DNA of 33,912 nucleotides, taken from positions 1-33,912 of the forward strand of contig JBDHHM010000004.1 in the NCBI GenBank assembly GCA_039589355.1. The letters are read 5' to 3'. Positions 10,863 through 19,392 of this stretch are shown here, piece after piece. The stretch is from Gemmatimonadota bacterium (lineage in GTDB: Bacteria; Gemmatimonadota; Gemmatimonadetes; Palauibacterales; KS3-K002). Position 1 is the stretch's first letter; the number at the start of each line of letters is the position of its first letter. The notes under the pieces are model-generated. The model was not told where the DNA came from. It saw only the letters and a list, made by a program, of their open reading frames with translations, and made no database searches. The position numbers were made by a program, and so were the translations under genes.

Positions 10863-11163
10863 GCTGAGAGATCTAACAAGGTCCTGCTTGATAGCGGTGT
10901 TCAGGATGGGCCTTGACGTGATTCAGCAGTGGCGAAAGGTTGTTTCATTCGGCACGTGGTAGGCGCGGGTCGTACCCGTTTCCCGCCACGGGCATGCCCA
11001 AATCTCGCGCAGCCGCACATTCGAGATACGGGATTCGAGAGGTAGGGGTCACGGGCCCGTGTGAAGGCGGGCCGAGGTCCCCGGCCCCGAGGCTGGCGAA
11101 CAGCCGGGCTGTTCGCGAACGCGGCGCGGGGCGCGAATAGCACCAGCGTAACGGGAGGCATCC

Positions 11164-12753
11164 GTGACTGACAGAGTTACAGCACCGAGGAGAGGGCCGA
11201 AGCTCTCTCGCGCCCTGCCGGGGATCTTGCTGCTGGTTCTCGTCGTGGGCGGCGTGGCGTGCATCGACGAGGACGCTGTGTTCGACCGTCCCAGCAACGA
11301 TGAGCCGACGGAGACGACGAACAACTTCCTCGGCTACGTGGGCGATCCGGCCGAGCAGTGGACATCGTGCGGCAATTGTCACGCGACGTTCCAGGCCGGC
11401 TGGGCATCTACCGGCCATTCCGAGGCGTGGGCAGGCCTTCAGTCGAGCGACCACGCTGCAGAGTTCTGCGAGGGCTGCCACACGATCTCGGAGCTGGGGA
11501 ACCCGCTCACCGAGCCGGCGGGCTACAACCTGGTGAAGGACGAGCGCTACACCGACGTGCAGTGCGAGTCATGCCACGGTTCCGGCTGGGATCACGTGAA
11601 TGACCCGAATGTGGAAAACGCACCGCTCTGCTCGATCGTAGCGGCGACGGACGCGACCGTGGGATGCGGCGAGTGCCACCAGGGCACGCACCATCCGTTC
11701 ATCGAGCAGTGGGAGGAATCGGCCCACGCCAATGTCGGCTTCGCTGCGGGGCGCGCCGGCTGCAACGAGTGCCACGAGGGCCGGGTAGCGATGGTGCGGA
11801 AGTTCTTCGAGACGTCGAACTACATCGAGAAGGACGGCGACGAGGAAATGGCGATCGTCTGCGCGGTCTGCCACGATCCGCACGGCACGGACTTCGAGGG
11901 CAACCTGCGGGCGCCGATCGATGTCGAGAGCTCGGGCCTGCCCGGCGAGAGCCACCTCTGCTTCCAGTGCCATTCGCGGCGCGGCACGCCGCCGTCGGAT
12001 CATGGCCCGCACGCTGCGCAGGGCCTCGTCGTGCTCCAGGAGGATGTCGGCTGGATACCCGCCGGCTTCGAGTTCCCGGATCTCGCCGGCCACGGCGATC
12101 CGGCGCAAAACGAGCATCTGTGCGTGACCTGCCACGTGGCAGAATACGAGTTTACGGATCAGTCCACCGGGGAAGACTTCACTTCGGTGGGTCACTTGTT
12201 CGAAGCGCTCCCCTGCCTGGATCAGGTCACCGGATTGCCCGTGGGCGGTGGTGATTGCGACGTCAGCGAGAAGTCCTTCAGCAGCTGCCTGGCGTGCCAC
12301 GGCAGTGAGAATGAAGCTCGCTTCTTCTACACCTTGCTCAAGGACGATCTCAACGAGTTACTGGATTCACTCTGGGTTGACGTCGATCTCGACGGTGTGA
12401 TGGATCCTTTCCCGGATGATACGGGACTGCTGCCGCAGATCATCTTGCGGGCGGTGTCTTCTCCAGAGGATACCGTACAGCTCGATCCGCGGGACGGCAT
12501 CGTCACGGTGGCCGAGGGCACGATGTGGAACGCGCAGCTCGCCCACACCTCGGACAAGCCCTGGTTCGCCGGAGCCATAGTCTACGAGGGGATCGCCGGG
12601 CCCGACGAAGATGAGCCGCCGGACGGGATTCCGGACGGCATCGAATGGTCGGCGCATAAAGCGAGCGGCGACGGGGTCCATAACCCGAACTTCCTGGAGG
12701 ACCTGCTGGTGGCTTCGATCGAAGCCATGCTGGCAGAGTACTTCGGAGGATAA
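11164..12753 (+). CDS. Nonaheme c-type cytochrome lipoprotein (OmcB/c552-like), paralog 2
   Basis: gggagg RBS, GTG start, lipobox GVA-C; nine CxxCH (CGNCH, CEGCH, CESCH, CGECH, CNECH, CAVCH, CFQCH, CVTCH, CLACH); C-terminal SGDGVHNPNF. Confidence 0.88.
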   Translation: MTDRVTAPRRGPKLSRALPGILLLVLVVGGVACIDEDAVFDRPSNDEPTETTNNFLGYVGDPAEQWTSCGNCHATFQAGWASTGHSEAWAGLQSSDHAAEFCEGCHTISELGNPLTEPAGYNLVKDERYTDVQCESCHGSGWDHVNDPNVENAPLCSIVAATDATVGCGECHQGTHHPFIEQWEESAHANVGFAAGRAGCNECHEGRVAMVRKFFETSNYIEKDGDEEMAIVCAVCHDPHGTDFEGNLRAPIDVESSGLPGESHLCFQCHSRRGTPPSDHGPHAAQGLVVLQEDVGWIPAGFEFPDLAGHGDPAQNEHLCVTCHVAEYEFTDQSTGEDFTSVGHLFEALPCLDQVTGLPVGGGDCDVSEKSFSSCLACHGSENEARFFYTLLKDDLNELLDSLWVDVDLDGVMDPFPDDTGLLPQIILRAVSSPEDTVQLDPRDGIVTVAEGTMWNAQLAHTSDKPWFAGAIVYEGIAGPDEDEPPDGIPDGIEWSAHKASGDGVHNPNFLEDLLVASIEAMLAEYFGG

Positions 12754-12883
12754 TTGACATACGAGCGACCGGCCGCGCGCTGAAGCGGGGCCGGTCGCGC
12801 CTGCCGGCCCCGCCCGTCCGGGAGACGTTGAGGCGGGGCCATGAAGCCGGAAATATCACTCATCCGGGATTCGGGAGGAAAAA

Positions 12884-14404
12884 GTGAGGGTCTCAGACCT
12901 ATCTCAGACGCGGGTCGGGGCCCGGCTCCAAAGCTGGCGAGTTGGAGTCGCGCTCCTCGGCGCCGCCGTCGTATGGGGTAGCTGGGGTTCGGCCGCTCTC
13001 TACGCGCAGCAATGGCGAGCTCGCGCCACGACTCGTGTCCAATATGTCGAGGCGCAGACGCTGGCCCTCGACAGCGTAGAGGTCGGCATGACCACCGGGA
13101 GCGGGACGCAGCGCGAGTTCAGCGGCATCCTCGTTACCTGCGCAACCGGTGCGAACTACTGCTACTACTATCGTTCGGACGAGAAGATCTCGACTGTACC
13201 AGTGTGGCTGGACCTCGACCTGAACGTCTTCGGCTTCGGGATCGAGGGGTTACGGTTCTATGCTAATACGCGGTTCCGCGGAGCGCTCGGCGCGAGCGAG
13301 GAGAAGTTCTGGCCACGAACGGAGAATGACCACTTCGATGTTTTCGCCGCCTACCTGGAGTTGAACCGGCCGTCGTATCGGGTCCGACTCGGGCGCGATT
13401 ACCAGACGAGCGGGCTCGGGTGGTACGGCTACGACGGCATCTCGGTTCTCTGGCGCTATCGGCCGGTTCGCCTCGAGCTGGAGGCGTACGGCGGCTGGGG
13501 GCTGGAGCGCGGTCTGCCGGAGCGAGTCACGTCGAGCGCCCTCGAGTCGCTCGGCTCGTTCCAGCCGCTCAACGACAACTACTTGTTCGGCTTTCGCGGC
13601 TCGGCAACGCCCCTGCAGGGGCTGTCGCTCGAGGCCATCTACCAGCGGGAAATAGAGACCGATCGCTCGGGAATCAGCTCGGAGCGAGTCGGTTTCGAGG
13701 CCGCCTATGTCACGCGCAACCGACGGCTGCGACTCGACGGCCATGCCGACTACGACCTGGCCGCGGGCTGGTGGGGCAAGGCCGGCGCGAAGCTGGGTTG
13801 GACGCCCAACGACCTTCTGTACCTGGAGGGCCGGTACCTGCGCTATCGCCCGGTCTTCAGTCTGCAGACGATCTGGGCGGCGTTCAGCCCGGTGGCCTAC
13901 ACCGGCTACGGCTTAGCGTTGGGCATTCGGCCGGGCTACAACCTGGACATCCGGCTGGACGCCGAGAAGCGCAACTACGGCGATACCGGCGCGGAGACTT
14001 CGTTCTACGTGACGACTGACGACAGCTGGCGGACCGGTATGTGGGCGAGCTGGCGACCGCTGGCCGACTGGAACTTCCAGGGCGCTTACTGGTTGAACTG
14101 GGGCTTCGGCTCGGCGATCAGTGCCGGCGACCTGCGGGCCGACTACTACCCGATGCCGGACCTATCGGTCGGCGCGCGGTTCTCGAGGTTCGTCCAGCAG
14201 TGGGAGTTCCGGGTCGGCGAGGGTCAGACCTGGAGCGTCGGGCTGGACTCCCGCTGGCGTACCCGCGTCGGGACGCTGTATGCCGGGATCGAGCGCTACC
14301 AGAACGACCGGAAAGACGACGCGGCTGCCATCGATTGGACCCAGTGGCGGGCCGTGTTTGGACTGTCCTACTATCTGGGTTCGGAACCTGGGAGGACAAG
14401 GTGA
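12884..14404 (+). CDS. Outer-membrane beta-barrel protein, putative porin of a porin-cytochrome complex
   Basis: Signal peptide (..ALYA-QQ); Trp/Tyr/Gly/Arg-rich alternating amphipathic strands throughout; terminal strand WRAVFGLSYYL; no CxxCH; located between multiheme cytochrome genes. Confidence 0.8.
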   Translation: MRVSDLSQTRVGARLQSWRVGVALLGAAVVWGSWGSAALYAQQWRARATTRVQYVEAQTLALDSVEVGMTTGSGTQREFSGILVTCATGANYCYYYRSDEKISTVPVWLDLDLNVFGFGIEGLRFYANTRFRGALGASEEKFWPRTENDHFDVFAAYLELNRPSYRVRLGRDYQTSGLGWYGYDGISVLWRYRPVRLELEAYGGWGLERGLPERVTSSALESLGSFQPLNDNYLFGFRGSATPLQGLSLEAIYQREIETDRSGISSERVGFEAAYVTRNRRLRLDGHADYDLAAGWWGKAGAKLGWTPNDLLYLEGRYLRYRPVFSLQTIWAAFSPVAYTGYGLALGIRPGYNLDIRLDAEKRNYGDTGAETSFYVTTDDSWRTGMWASWRPLADWNFQGAYWLNWGFGSAISAGDLRADYYPMPDLSVGARFSRFVQQWEFRVGEGQTWSVGLDSRWRTRVGTLYAGIERYQNDRKDDAAAIDWTQWRAVFGLSYYLGSEPGRTR

Positions 14405-15306
14405 GTTACCGCCGACCTGCAGGAGCTTTGCTGGTCGCCGCTCTGCTGGCGGCCGTGAGTGCATGGGGCTGGTCGATGAGCGGCGGTGATATTTTCGACC
14501 ACAACAAGCACGCCACCCTGTTCTCGAGTTGCGACGGCTGTCACTCGGTCCAGCCGGCGGAGGTCTCCTTCCCGGATCCGAGCTTCTGCCAGGGCTGCCA
14601 TAACGGACAGATAGCTCGAGAGGTGGATTGGCAGGAACCGACGCGGCGGGCGAACCGGTTCGGATTCAACCACGCCGACTATGTCGCCGAGCAGGAGGCC
14701 GCCGGCGAAGAGGTCAGCTGCAGCAGCTGCCACATGGCGGACAGTGGAGAACCGATGGACGTCCGGCGTTCTCCAGCGTTCCACACGCCCTTCTACCTGA
14801 GCGATCACCGGGCGCTGGCTGCGTCGGCGACCGCCGATTGCGAGACCTGTCACGTCCGGGAACAGCGTTGCCTCGGCTGCCACACGGGCTCCGAGAACCT
14901 GGACACGCCGAGCCAGGAGCAGGGCCTGTATCACACGCTAAACTTCATGCAGCAGCACTCCGCCGCTGCCTGGAGCCGGGAGACGGAGTGCTCGAGCTGT
15001 CACAACCCGGAAGCGTTCTGCCGCAGCTGCCATCTCGGCCTCGGTCTGGGGGCAGGAGAAGGCCGGACGGATACCGGATTCCATAACTGGAATCCGAACT
15101 TCCAGTTCGGGCACGGCCAGGCGGCACGGCAGGGGCTCGAGAGTTGCGCCTCGTGTCATGCACAGTCGGACTGTTTGGCGTGCCATTCGGCGAAGAGTGG
15201 GCGCAACATCAATCCGCACGGCCCGGACTTCGACGCGGATAGGCTGCGCGACAAAAATCCGCAGCTGTGCCTGTTTTGTCACTTCTCATCCATCTTGGAG
15301 CCGTAG
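14401..15306 (+). CDS. Periplasmic decaheme c-type cytochrome (OmaB-like)
   Basis: GTG 14401 overlaps the porin stop (GTGA) with a ggagg RBS; signal peptide; ten CxxCH, including three tight CxxCH-x4/5-CxxCH pairs, each preceded by two His. Confidence 0.85.
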   Translation: MSYRRPAGALLVAALLAAVSAWGWSMSGGDIFDHNKHATLFSSCDGCHSVQPAEVSFPDPSFCQGCHNGQIAREVDWQEPTRRANRFGFNHADYVAEQEAAGEEVSCSSCHMADSGEPMDVRRSPAFHTPFYLSDHRALAASATADCETCHVREQRCLGCHTGSENLDTPSQEQGLYHTLNFMQQHSAAAWSRETECSSCHNPEAFCRSCHLGLGLGAGEGRTDTGFHNWNPNFQFGHGQAARQGLESCASCHAQSDCLACHSAKSGRNINPHGPDFDADRLRDKNPQLCLFCHFSSILEP

Positions 15307-15329
15307 CTCTGAGAGCCTGAAAGAAGGCT

Positions 15330-15378
15330 GCCGCCGTCGCCGGGCGCCTCATTGGCACGCCGGCGACGGCGGCTTTCT
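15330..15378 (+). terminator. Probable terminator of the porin-cytochrome operon
   Basis: 14 bp perfect stem gccgccgtcgccgg / ccggcgacggcggc followed by tttct. Confidence 0.6.
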
Positions 15379-15486
15379 CCTAAGTCCGCAAAGCAGTAAC
15401 TTTATAGCCAGAAGAAATTCCTTAAAAACGCCACGCACATATCAGATCCGCACGACTACCAGGTCATTGCGACGCAGGGGGCAATC

Positions 15487-16683
15487 ATGACCGGTAAGCT
15501 CATTCGCGGGATCGCTACGGGCAGCGCCATCCTGCTGCTGGGGTCTCCTCGATCTTCGTCCGCACAGCCAACAGCAGAGCTCTCGCAGGACCCGTTGGCC
15601 GGCTCTCAGGTGTTCGAGAGCAAAGGTTGCTCTAAGTGTCACGCAGTGAACGGGTTAGGCGGCACGGTAGGACCCGATCTGGGGCGCATCCAGGAGGGCC
15701 GCTCGTTCAACGAGCTGGCGGCGACATTGTGGAACCACGTCCCGCTGATGGGCGCCGGGATGGCGGAGCTGGGGATCGAGTATCCCGAGATGACGGCTAG
15801 GGAAGCGGCGGACCTGGTCAGCTTCCTGTTTACGCTGGACTACTTCGATGCGCCGGGTGACGTAAGGATTGGGATGCATCTGTTCACGCACAAGAAGTGC
15901 TTCGTCTGTCACCGGGTGGGCGACTACGGCGGTGATGCTGCCCACAACCTCGATTTCGCTGGGCAGTATGGGTCCCCCATCCTCGTGGCCGCCGCGATGT
16001 GGAACCACAGCGCGCCGATGGCAGAGCTGATGGAAGAGCGTGGCGTAGTGCGTCCCACGTTCGAGGGGTCCGAGCTCGCGGACCTGATCTCGTACATCGA
16101 GTCGGCCGCGCCCCAACCGGTGGAGGGACGGGTGTATGTCCTGCCGGGGCGCGCCGAGGCCGGGCGTACGGTATTCCTCGAGAAGCGCTGCAACCAGTGC
16201 CATAGCGTCCAGGGGATCGGTGGCCGCCTGGGACCGGACCTCGCCGAAATGGGCCGTCAGTGGGGGCTGACCGAGTTCGCCGCTGCCATGTGGAACAAAG
16301 CTCCGGCGATGCTCGAGGCAATGGAATCAATCGATCTGCCTGCCCCGAAGCTGGGCGGTGGTGAGATGGCCGATCTCGTCGCCTATCTCTACTACATCGA
16401 GTACTTCGCAGAGCCGGGTGATAGCGAACGGGGTGAGCAGGTCCTGCATCAGAAAGGCTGCTTAAGTTGTCACGCGTTGCGCGGCAGCGGTGGAACCGCG
16501 GCCTCCGATCTCGCCTGGGTCAGCGATATCGGCTCGCCCGCCGCGGTGACCGCCTCGTTGTGGAACCACTCTGTGAAGTTGGCGACCATGCCTCAGGCCT
16601 GGCAGAAGGAGTGGCCGACCTTCGACGCCGAGGAGATGGCGGACCTCACGGCGTTTCTCGAGGAGCTGGAGAAGAGCCGTTAG
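15487..16683 (+). CDS. Periplasmic tetraheme protein made of four tandem class I cytochrome c domains
   Basis: Signal peptide; four repeats of G..VF..K.CxxCH...G..GPDL...WNH..M (CSKCH, CFVCH, CNQCH, CLSCH). Confidence 0.85.
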   Translation: MTGKLIRGIATGSAILLLGSPRSSSAQPTAELSQDPLAGSQVFESKGCSKCHAVNGLGGTVGPDLGRIQEGRSFNELAATLWNHVPLMGAGMAELGIEYPEMTAREAADLVSFLFTLDYFDAPGDVRIGMHLFTHKKCFVCHRVGDYGGDAAHNLDFAGQYGSPILVAAAMWNHSAPMAELMEERGVVRPTFEGSELADLISYIESAAPQPVEGRVYVLPGRAEAGRTVFLEKRCNQCHSVQGIGGRLGPDLAEMGRQWGLTEFAAAMWNKAPAMLEAMESIDLPAPKLGGGEMADLVAYLYYIEYFAEPGDSERGEQVLHQKGCLSCHALRGSGGTAASDLAWVSDIGSPAAVTASLWNHSVKLATMPQAWQKEWPTFDAEEMADLTAFLEELEKSR

Positions 16684-16888
16684 TCCCGCCGGGCGGCGCA
16701 GGCGCCTCTTTTGCATCTTGTTCCCGTTGAACGGTTTACGCGCCCTGGCGTGGCAAGATCGACGCCTCTTGCCAGAGCCGGCCGTGTTGCCTAAGGTCTA
16801 GCTGATGGGAAGTGGTCAGGTCAGGACACGTCACGCCCGGATTGGTGTATAAGGATGGGTGTGGCCCTCATCTGAAAGGGAGCTGAAC

Positions 16889-17287
16889 ATGAGTCATCGA
16901 CGTTCAATCGGAGCTTTTGTTTTTCTGCTGGTCGCGCTGGCCGCATTCGCGTGGCAGCAGGAGGGTTGGAAGACGCCGCCGGCCATGGCACACGATGCTG
17001 CCGGTCGTGACAACTGCATGATGTGCCACAAGGCGGGAGCCATGGAGCCGGTGCCCGACGCGCCGGCGAACCATGCGGAACGCCCGAACGAGATCTGCCT
17101 GATGTGCCACGCGGCGGACGCTGCGGTGCAGACGACGGCACCAACTGCAACGTCGCACCCGCTCGAGGGTCGAGATAACTGCATGATGTGTCATACGGCC
17201 GGGGCGATGGAGCCGGTGCCAGACGCACCGGCGGACCATGAGGGCAGGGACAACCAGAACTGCGCGCTCTGTCACGCACCGGCTTAG
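16889..17287 (+). CDS. Small periplasmic tetraheme cytochrome c (duplicated NapB-like diheme module)
   Basis: aaagggag RBS, ATG 16889, signal peptide (AFA-W); CMMCH, CLMCH, CMMCH, CALCH; 55-aa internal repeat. Confidence 0.85.
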   Translation: MSHRRSIGAFVFLLVALAAFAWQQEGWKTPPAMAHDAAGRDNCMMCHKAGAMEPVPDAPANHAERPNEICLMCHAADAAVQTTAPTATSHPLEGRDNCMMCHTAGAMEPVPDAPADHEGRDNQNCALCHAPA

Positions 17288-17301
17288 CTGTAGCTACCCG
17301 A

Positions 17302-17335
17302 CGGGCGCGCCTTCCGTACCGGGGAGGCGCGCCCG
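17302..17335 (+). terminator. GC-rich stem-loop after the small tetraheme gene
   Basis: cgggcgcgccttcc / gggaggcgcgcccg stem; U-tract weak or absent. Confidence 0.5.
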
Positions 17336-17461
17336 ATTAGTGCCCGTACACCCCAGCGCACACTTCAGCGAGCTCGATTCCGTCGTGCTGACCTCTTCGC
17401 GCTCTGATCGGAGCCGGGAGTCCACCAGTCGCGCTCGACTCGTATCGTCCGGGGCCTTCCG

Positions 17462-18202
17462 ATGACGATCACACCGGGGACCGTTTTCATCTTCGCGTTG
17501 GTAACCGCCGCGGCTACCGGTCTCGGCGCACTGCCTTTCCTCTTCTTACGCCGCATGACGCGCACCTGGCTGGCGATGGCGAACTCGGTGGCGGCGGGCC
17601 TGATGATCGCGGCGAGCTTCGGGCTGATCTACGAAGGACTCGAGGCGGGCCTGCTGAGCGTTGTATCCGGCGCGCTCATCGGTGTCGTTTTCATGGCATT
17701 CAGCAGTCACTGGCTCAGGGGCCGCCGCGAGCTCGAACTCGGCATGCTGCGCGGTACGGATGCCCTGAAGGCGCTGATGATCATCGGAGTGATGACGCTG
17801 CACTCCGTGACCGAGGGAGTGGGCGTCGGCGTCTCGTTCGCCGGCGGCGATGCGCTCGGCGTGTTCATCACCACCGCTATCGCGGTCCACAACATCCCCG
17901 AGGGGTTGGCCATCAGTCTCGTGCTCGTCCCGCGCGGCGAAAGCGTCCGGCGCGCGGCCGGCTGGAGCGTCTTCTCGAGCCTGCCGCAGCCGCTGCTCGC
18001 CGTTCCGGCCTTCATCTTCGTAGCAACGTTCCAGCCCTATCTTCCCGTCGGCCTGGGATTCGCCGGCGGCGCCATGATCTGGATGGTCTTCTCCGAGCTT
18101 ATACCCGAGGCCTTGGATGACGCGTCCAGCCCGGCCGTGGCGACCGTAGTCACGCTGTCGCTCATGGCGATGATCGGGTTCCAGTGGTTCCTTCGGGGCT
18201 AG
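17462..18202 (+). CDS. ZIP-family (GufA/ZupT-like) divalent metal transporter
   Basis: ATGLGALP, LHSVTEG and VHNIPEGLA metal-site helices, ELIPEA. Confidence 0.9.
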   Translation: MTITPGTVFIFALVTAAATGLGALPFLFLRRMTRTWLAMANSVAAGLMIAASFGLIYEGLEAGLLSVVSGALIGVVFMAFSSHWLRGRRELELGMLRGTDALKALMIIGVMTLHSVTEGVGVGVSFAGGDALGVFITTAIAVHNIPEGLAISLVLVPRGESVRRAAGWSVFSSLPQPLLAVPAFIFVATFQPYLPVGLGFAGGAMIWMVFSELIPEALDDASSPAVATVVTLSLMAMIGFQWFLRG

Positions 18203-18375
18203 CGGTTGTCGCAGAATGCCCCGCCCAGGCCTCTTACGTCGCTGATCCGCCCGCCCTTGGAATTGCGTCCCCGCTAGTAAAACCCATTATTGACCACGGG
18301 TTGCCGGGAGGTCAGGCCTGAGCGTCGTCGCGCGGCCCGCGGTTTGCCGTCAAGAACGGTTATAGGAGGGCATCG

Positions 18376-18714
18376 ATGCACGAGATGTCGCTCGCACTGG
18401 AGATTCTGTCGATCTGCGAGCGTGAGCTGGAGAAGCTGCCGGAGACCCGGGTCACGGCGCTGGGCGTCGAGGTGGGTGCCTTCTCCGGCGTCGATGCCGA
18501 TAGCCTGCAGTTCTGCCTCGAGGTCATGATGTCCGACCGCTTCGATGGGGTTCGCTGCGAGGTGGTGCGCGAGCCGGGCGAGGCCGCATGTCCGACGTGC
18601 GATAACCGGTTCGAGGTGATGCAGGCGCCCTTCGAGTGCCCGGAGTGCGGCGGACTGGCGCGCGGTCTCTCGGGTGGGCAGGGCCTTCAACTCAGTTATC
18701 TCGAGGTGGAGTGA
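18376..18714 (+). CDS. hypA: Hydrogenase nickel metallochaperone HypA
   Basis: N-terminal MHE, CPTC and CPEC zinc site, aggagg RBS. Confidence 0.95.
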   Translation: MHEMSLALEILSICERELEKLPETRVTALGVEVGAFSGVDADSLQFCLEVMMSDRFDGVRCEVVREPGEAACPTCDNRFEVMQAPFECPECGGLARGLSGGQGLQLSYLEVE

Positions 18715-18719
18715 GAGCG

Positions 18720-19391
18720 ATGAGCGCCGAGCGTGTCGAAGTCAAAGAGAAGGTCTTGAGCGCGAACGACCAGATAGCGGCGGAGGCTCGCGCTCAGCTC
18801 GTTGGCCACGGCGTGTTCTCGGTCAACATCATCTCGTCGCCGGGCTCGGGGAAGACCACCCTGCTGGAACGTACTGTGGATCTGTTGAAGCCGTCGTTGC
18901 GCCTCGGGGTAGTGGCCGGCGACGTGCAGACGCGCAACGATGCGGAGCGGCTGGAGCGGCACGGGATCCCGGTGCAGGCGATCGAGACGGGCGGCGGCTG
19001 TCACCTGAACGCTCGTCAGGTGTCGGAGAGCCTCGCGTCGCTCGATCTGGCGCAGACCGACCTGTTGTTCATCGAGAACGTCGGCAACCTGGTCTGCCCG
19101 TCATCGTTCGACCTCGGTGAGTCGCTGAAGGTGGTGCTGATGAGCGTGACAGAAGGCGAGGACAAACCGCTCAAGTACCCGGCGGCGTTCAGGCGCGCGA
19201 GCGTGCTGGTGATCACCAAGGTCGACCTCTTACCGCACCTCGAGTTCTCGACCCAGACGGCCATCGACAACGCGCTCTCGATCAACCCGGATCTCACCGT
19301 CTTCTCGACTTCGTCCTACACCGGAGAGGGGCTGGAGTCTTGGACGGAGTGGCTTACAGGACAGGTATCGGCGTGTAAGCAAGGCTCGTAA
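18720..19391 (+). CDS. hypB: Hydrogenase nickel-incorporation GTPase HypB
   Basis: SSPGSGKTT, GGGCHL, ENVGNLVCP, EGEDKPLKYP, TKVD; ATG 6 bp after the hypA stop; no N-terminal His-rich extension. Confidence 0.95.
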   Translation: MSAERVEVKEKVLSANDQIAAEARAQLVGHGVFSVNIISSPGSGKTTLLERTVDLLKPSLRLGVVAGDVQTRNDAERLERHGIPVQAIETGGGCHLNARQVSESLASLDLAQTDLLFIENVGNLVCPSSFDLGESLKVVLMSVTEGEDKPLKYPAAFRRASVLVITKVDLLPHLEFSTQTAIDNALSINPDLTVFSTSSYTGEGLESWTEWLTGQVSACKQGS

Positions 19392-19392
19392 A

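Noticed and set aside
10913-10926. FNR-like site TTGAC-GTGA-TTCAG
   Set aside because: Three mismatches to TTGAT-N4-ATCAA; too weak to support.
9322-12753. NrfA nitrite reductase or HAO-type enzyme call for the two nonaheme proteins
   Set aside because: The C-terminal G.HNP region resembles the c552 family, but there is no CxxCK active-site motif, no nrfH-like neighbour, and both are lipoproteins next to a barrel gene.
14041-14400. Long N-terminal extension of the decaheme in the ORF track
   Set aside because: It overlaps the barrel gene by 360 bp; the RBS, GTG and signal peptide are at 14401.
14401-15306. Calling the decaheme mtrA and the barrel mtrB
   Set aside because: Heme spacing (tight CxxCH-x4/5-CxxCH pairs), gene order and barrel length do not fit MtrAB.
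16889-17287. napB gene call
   Set aside because: It has four hemes rather than two, and there is no napA or napD in the window.
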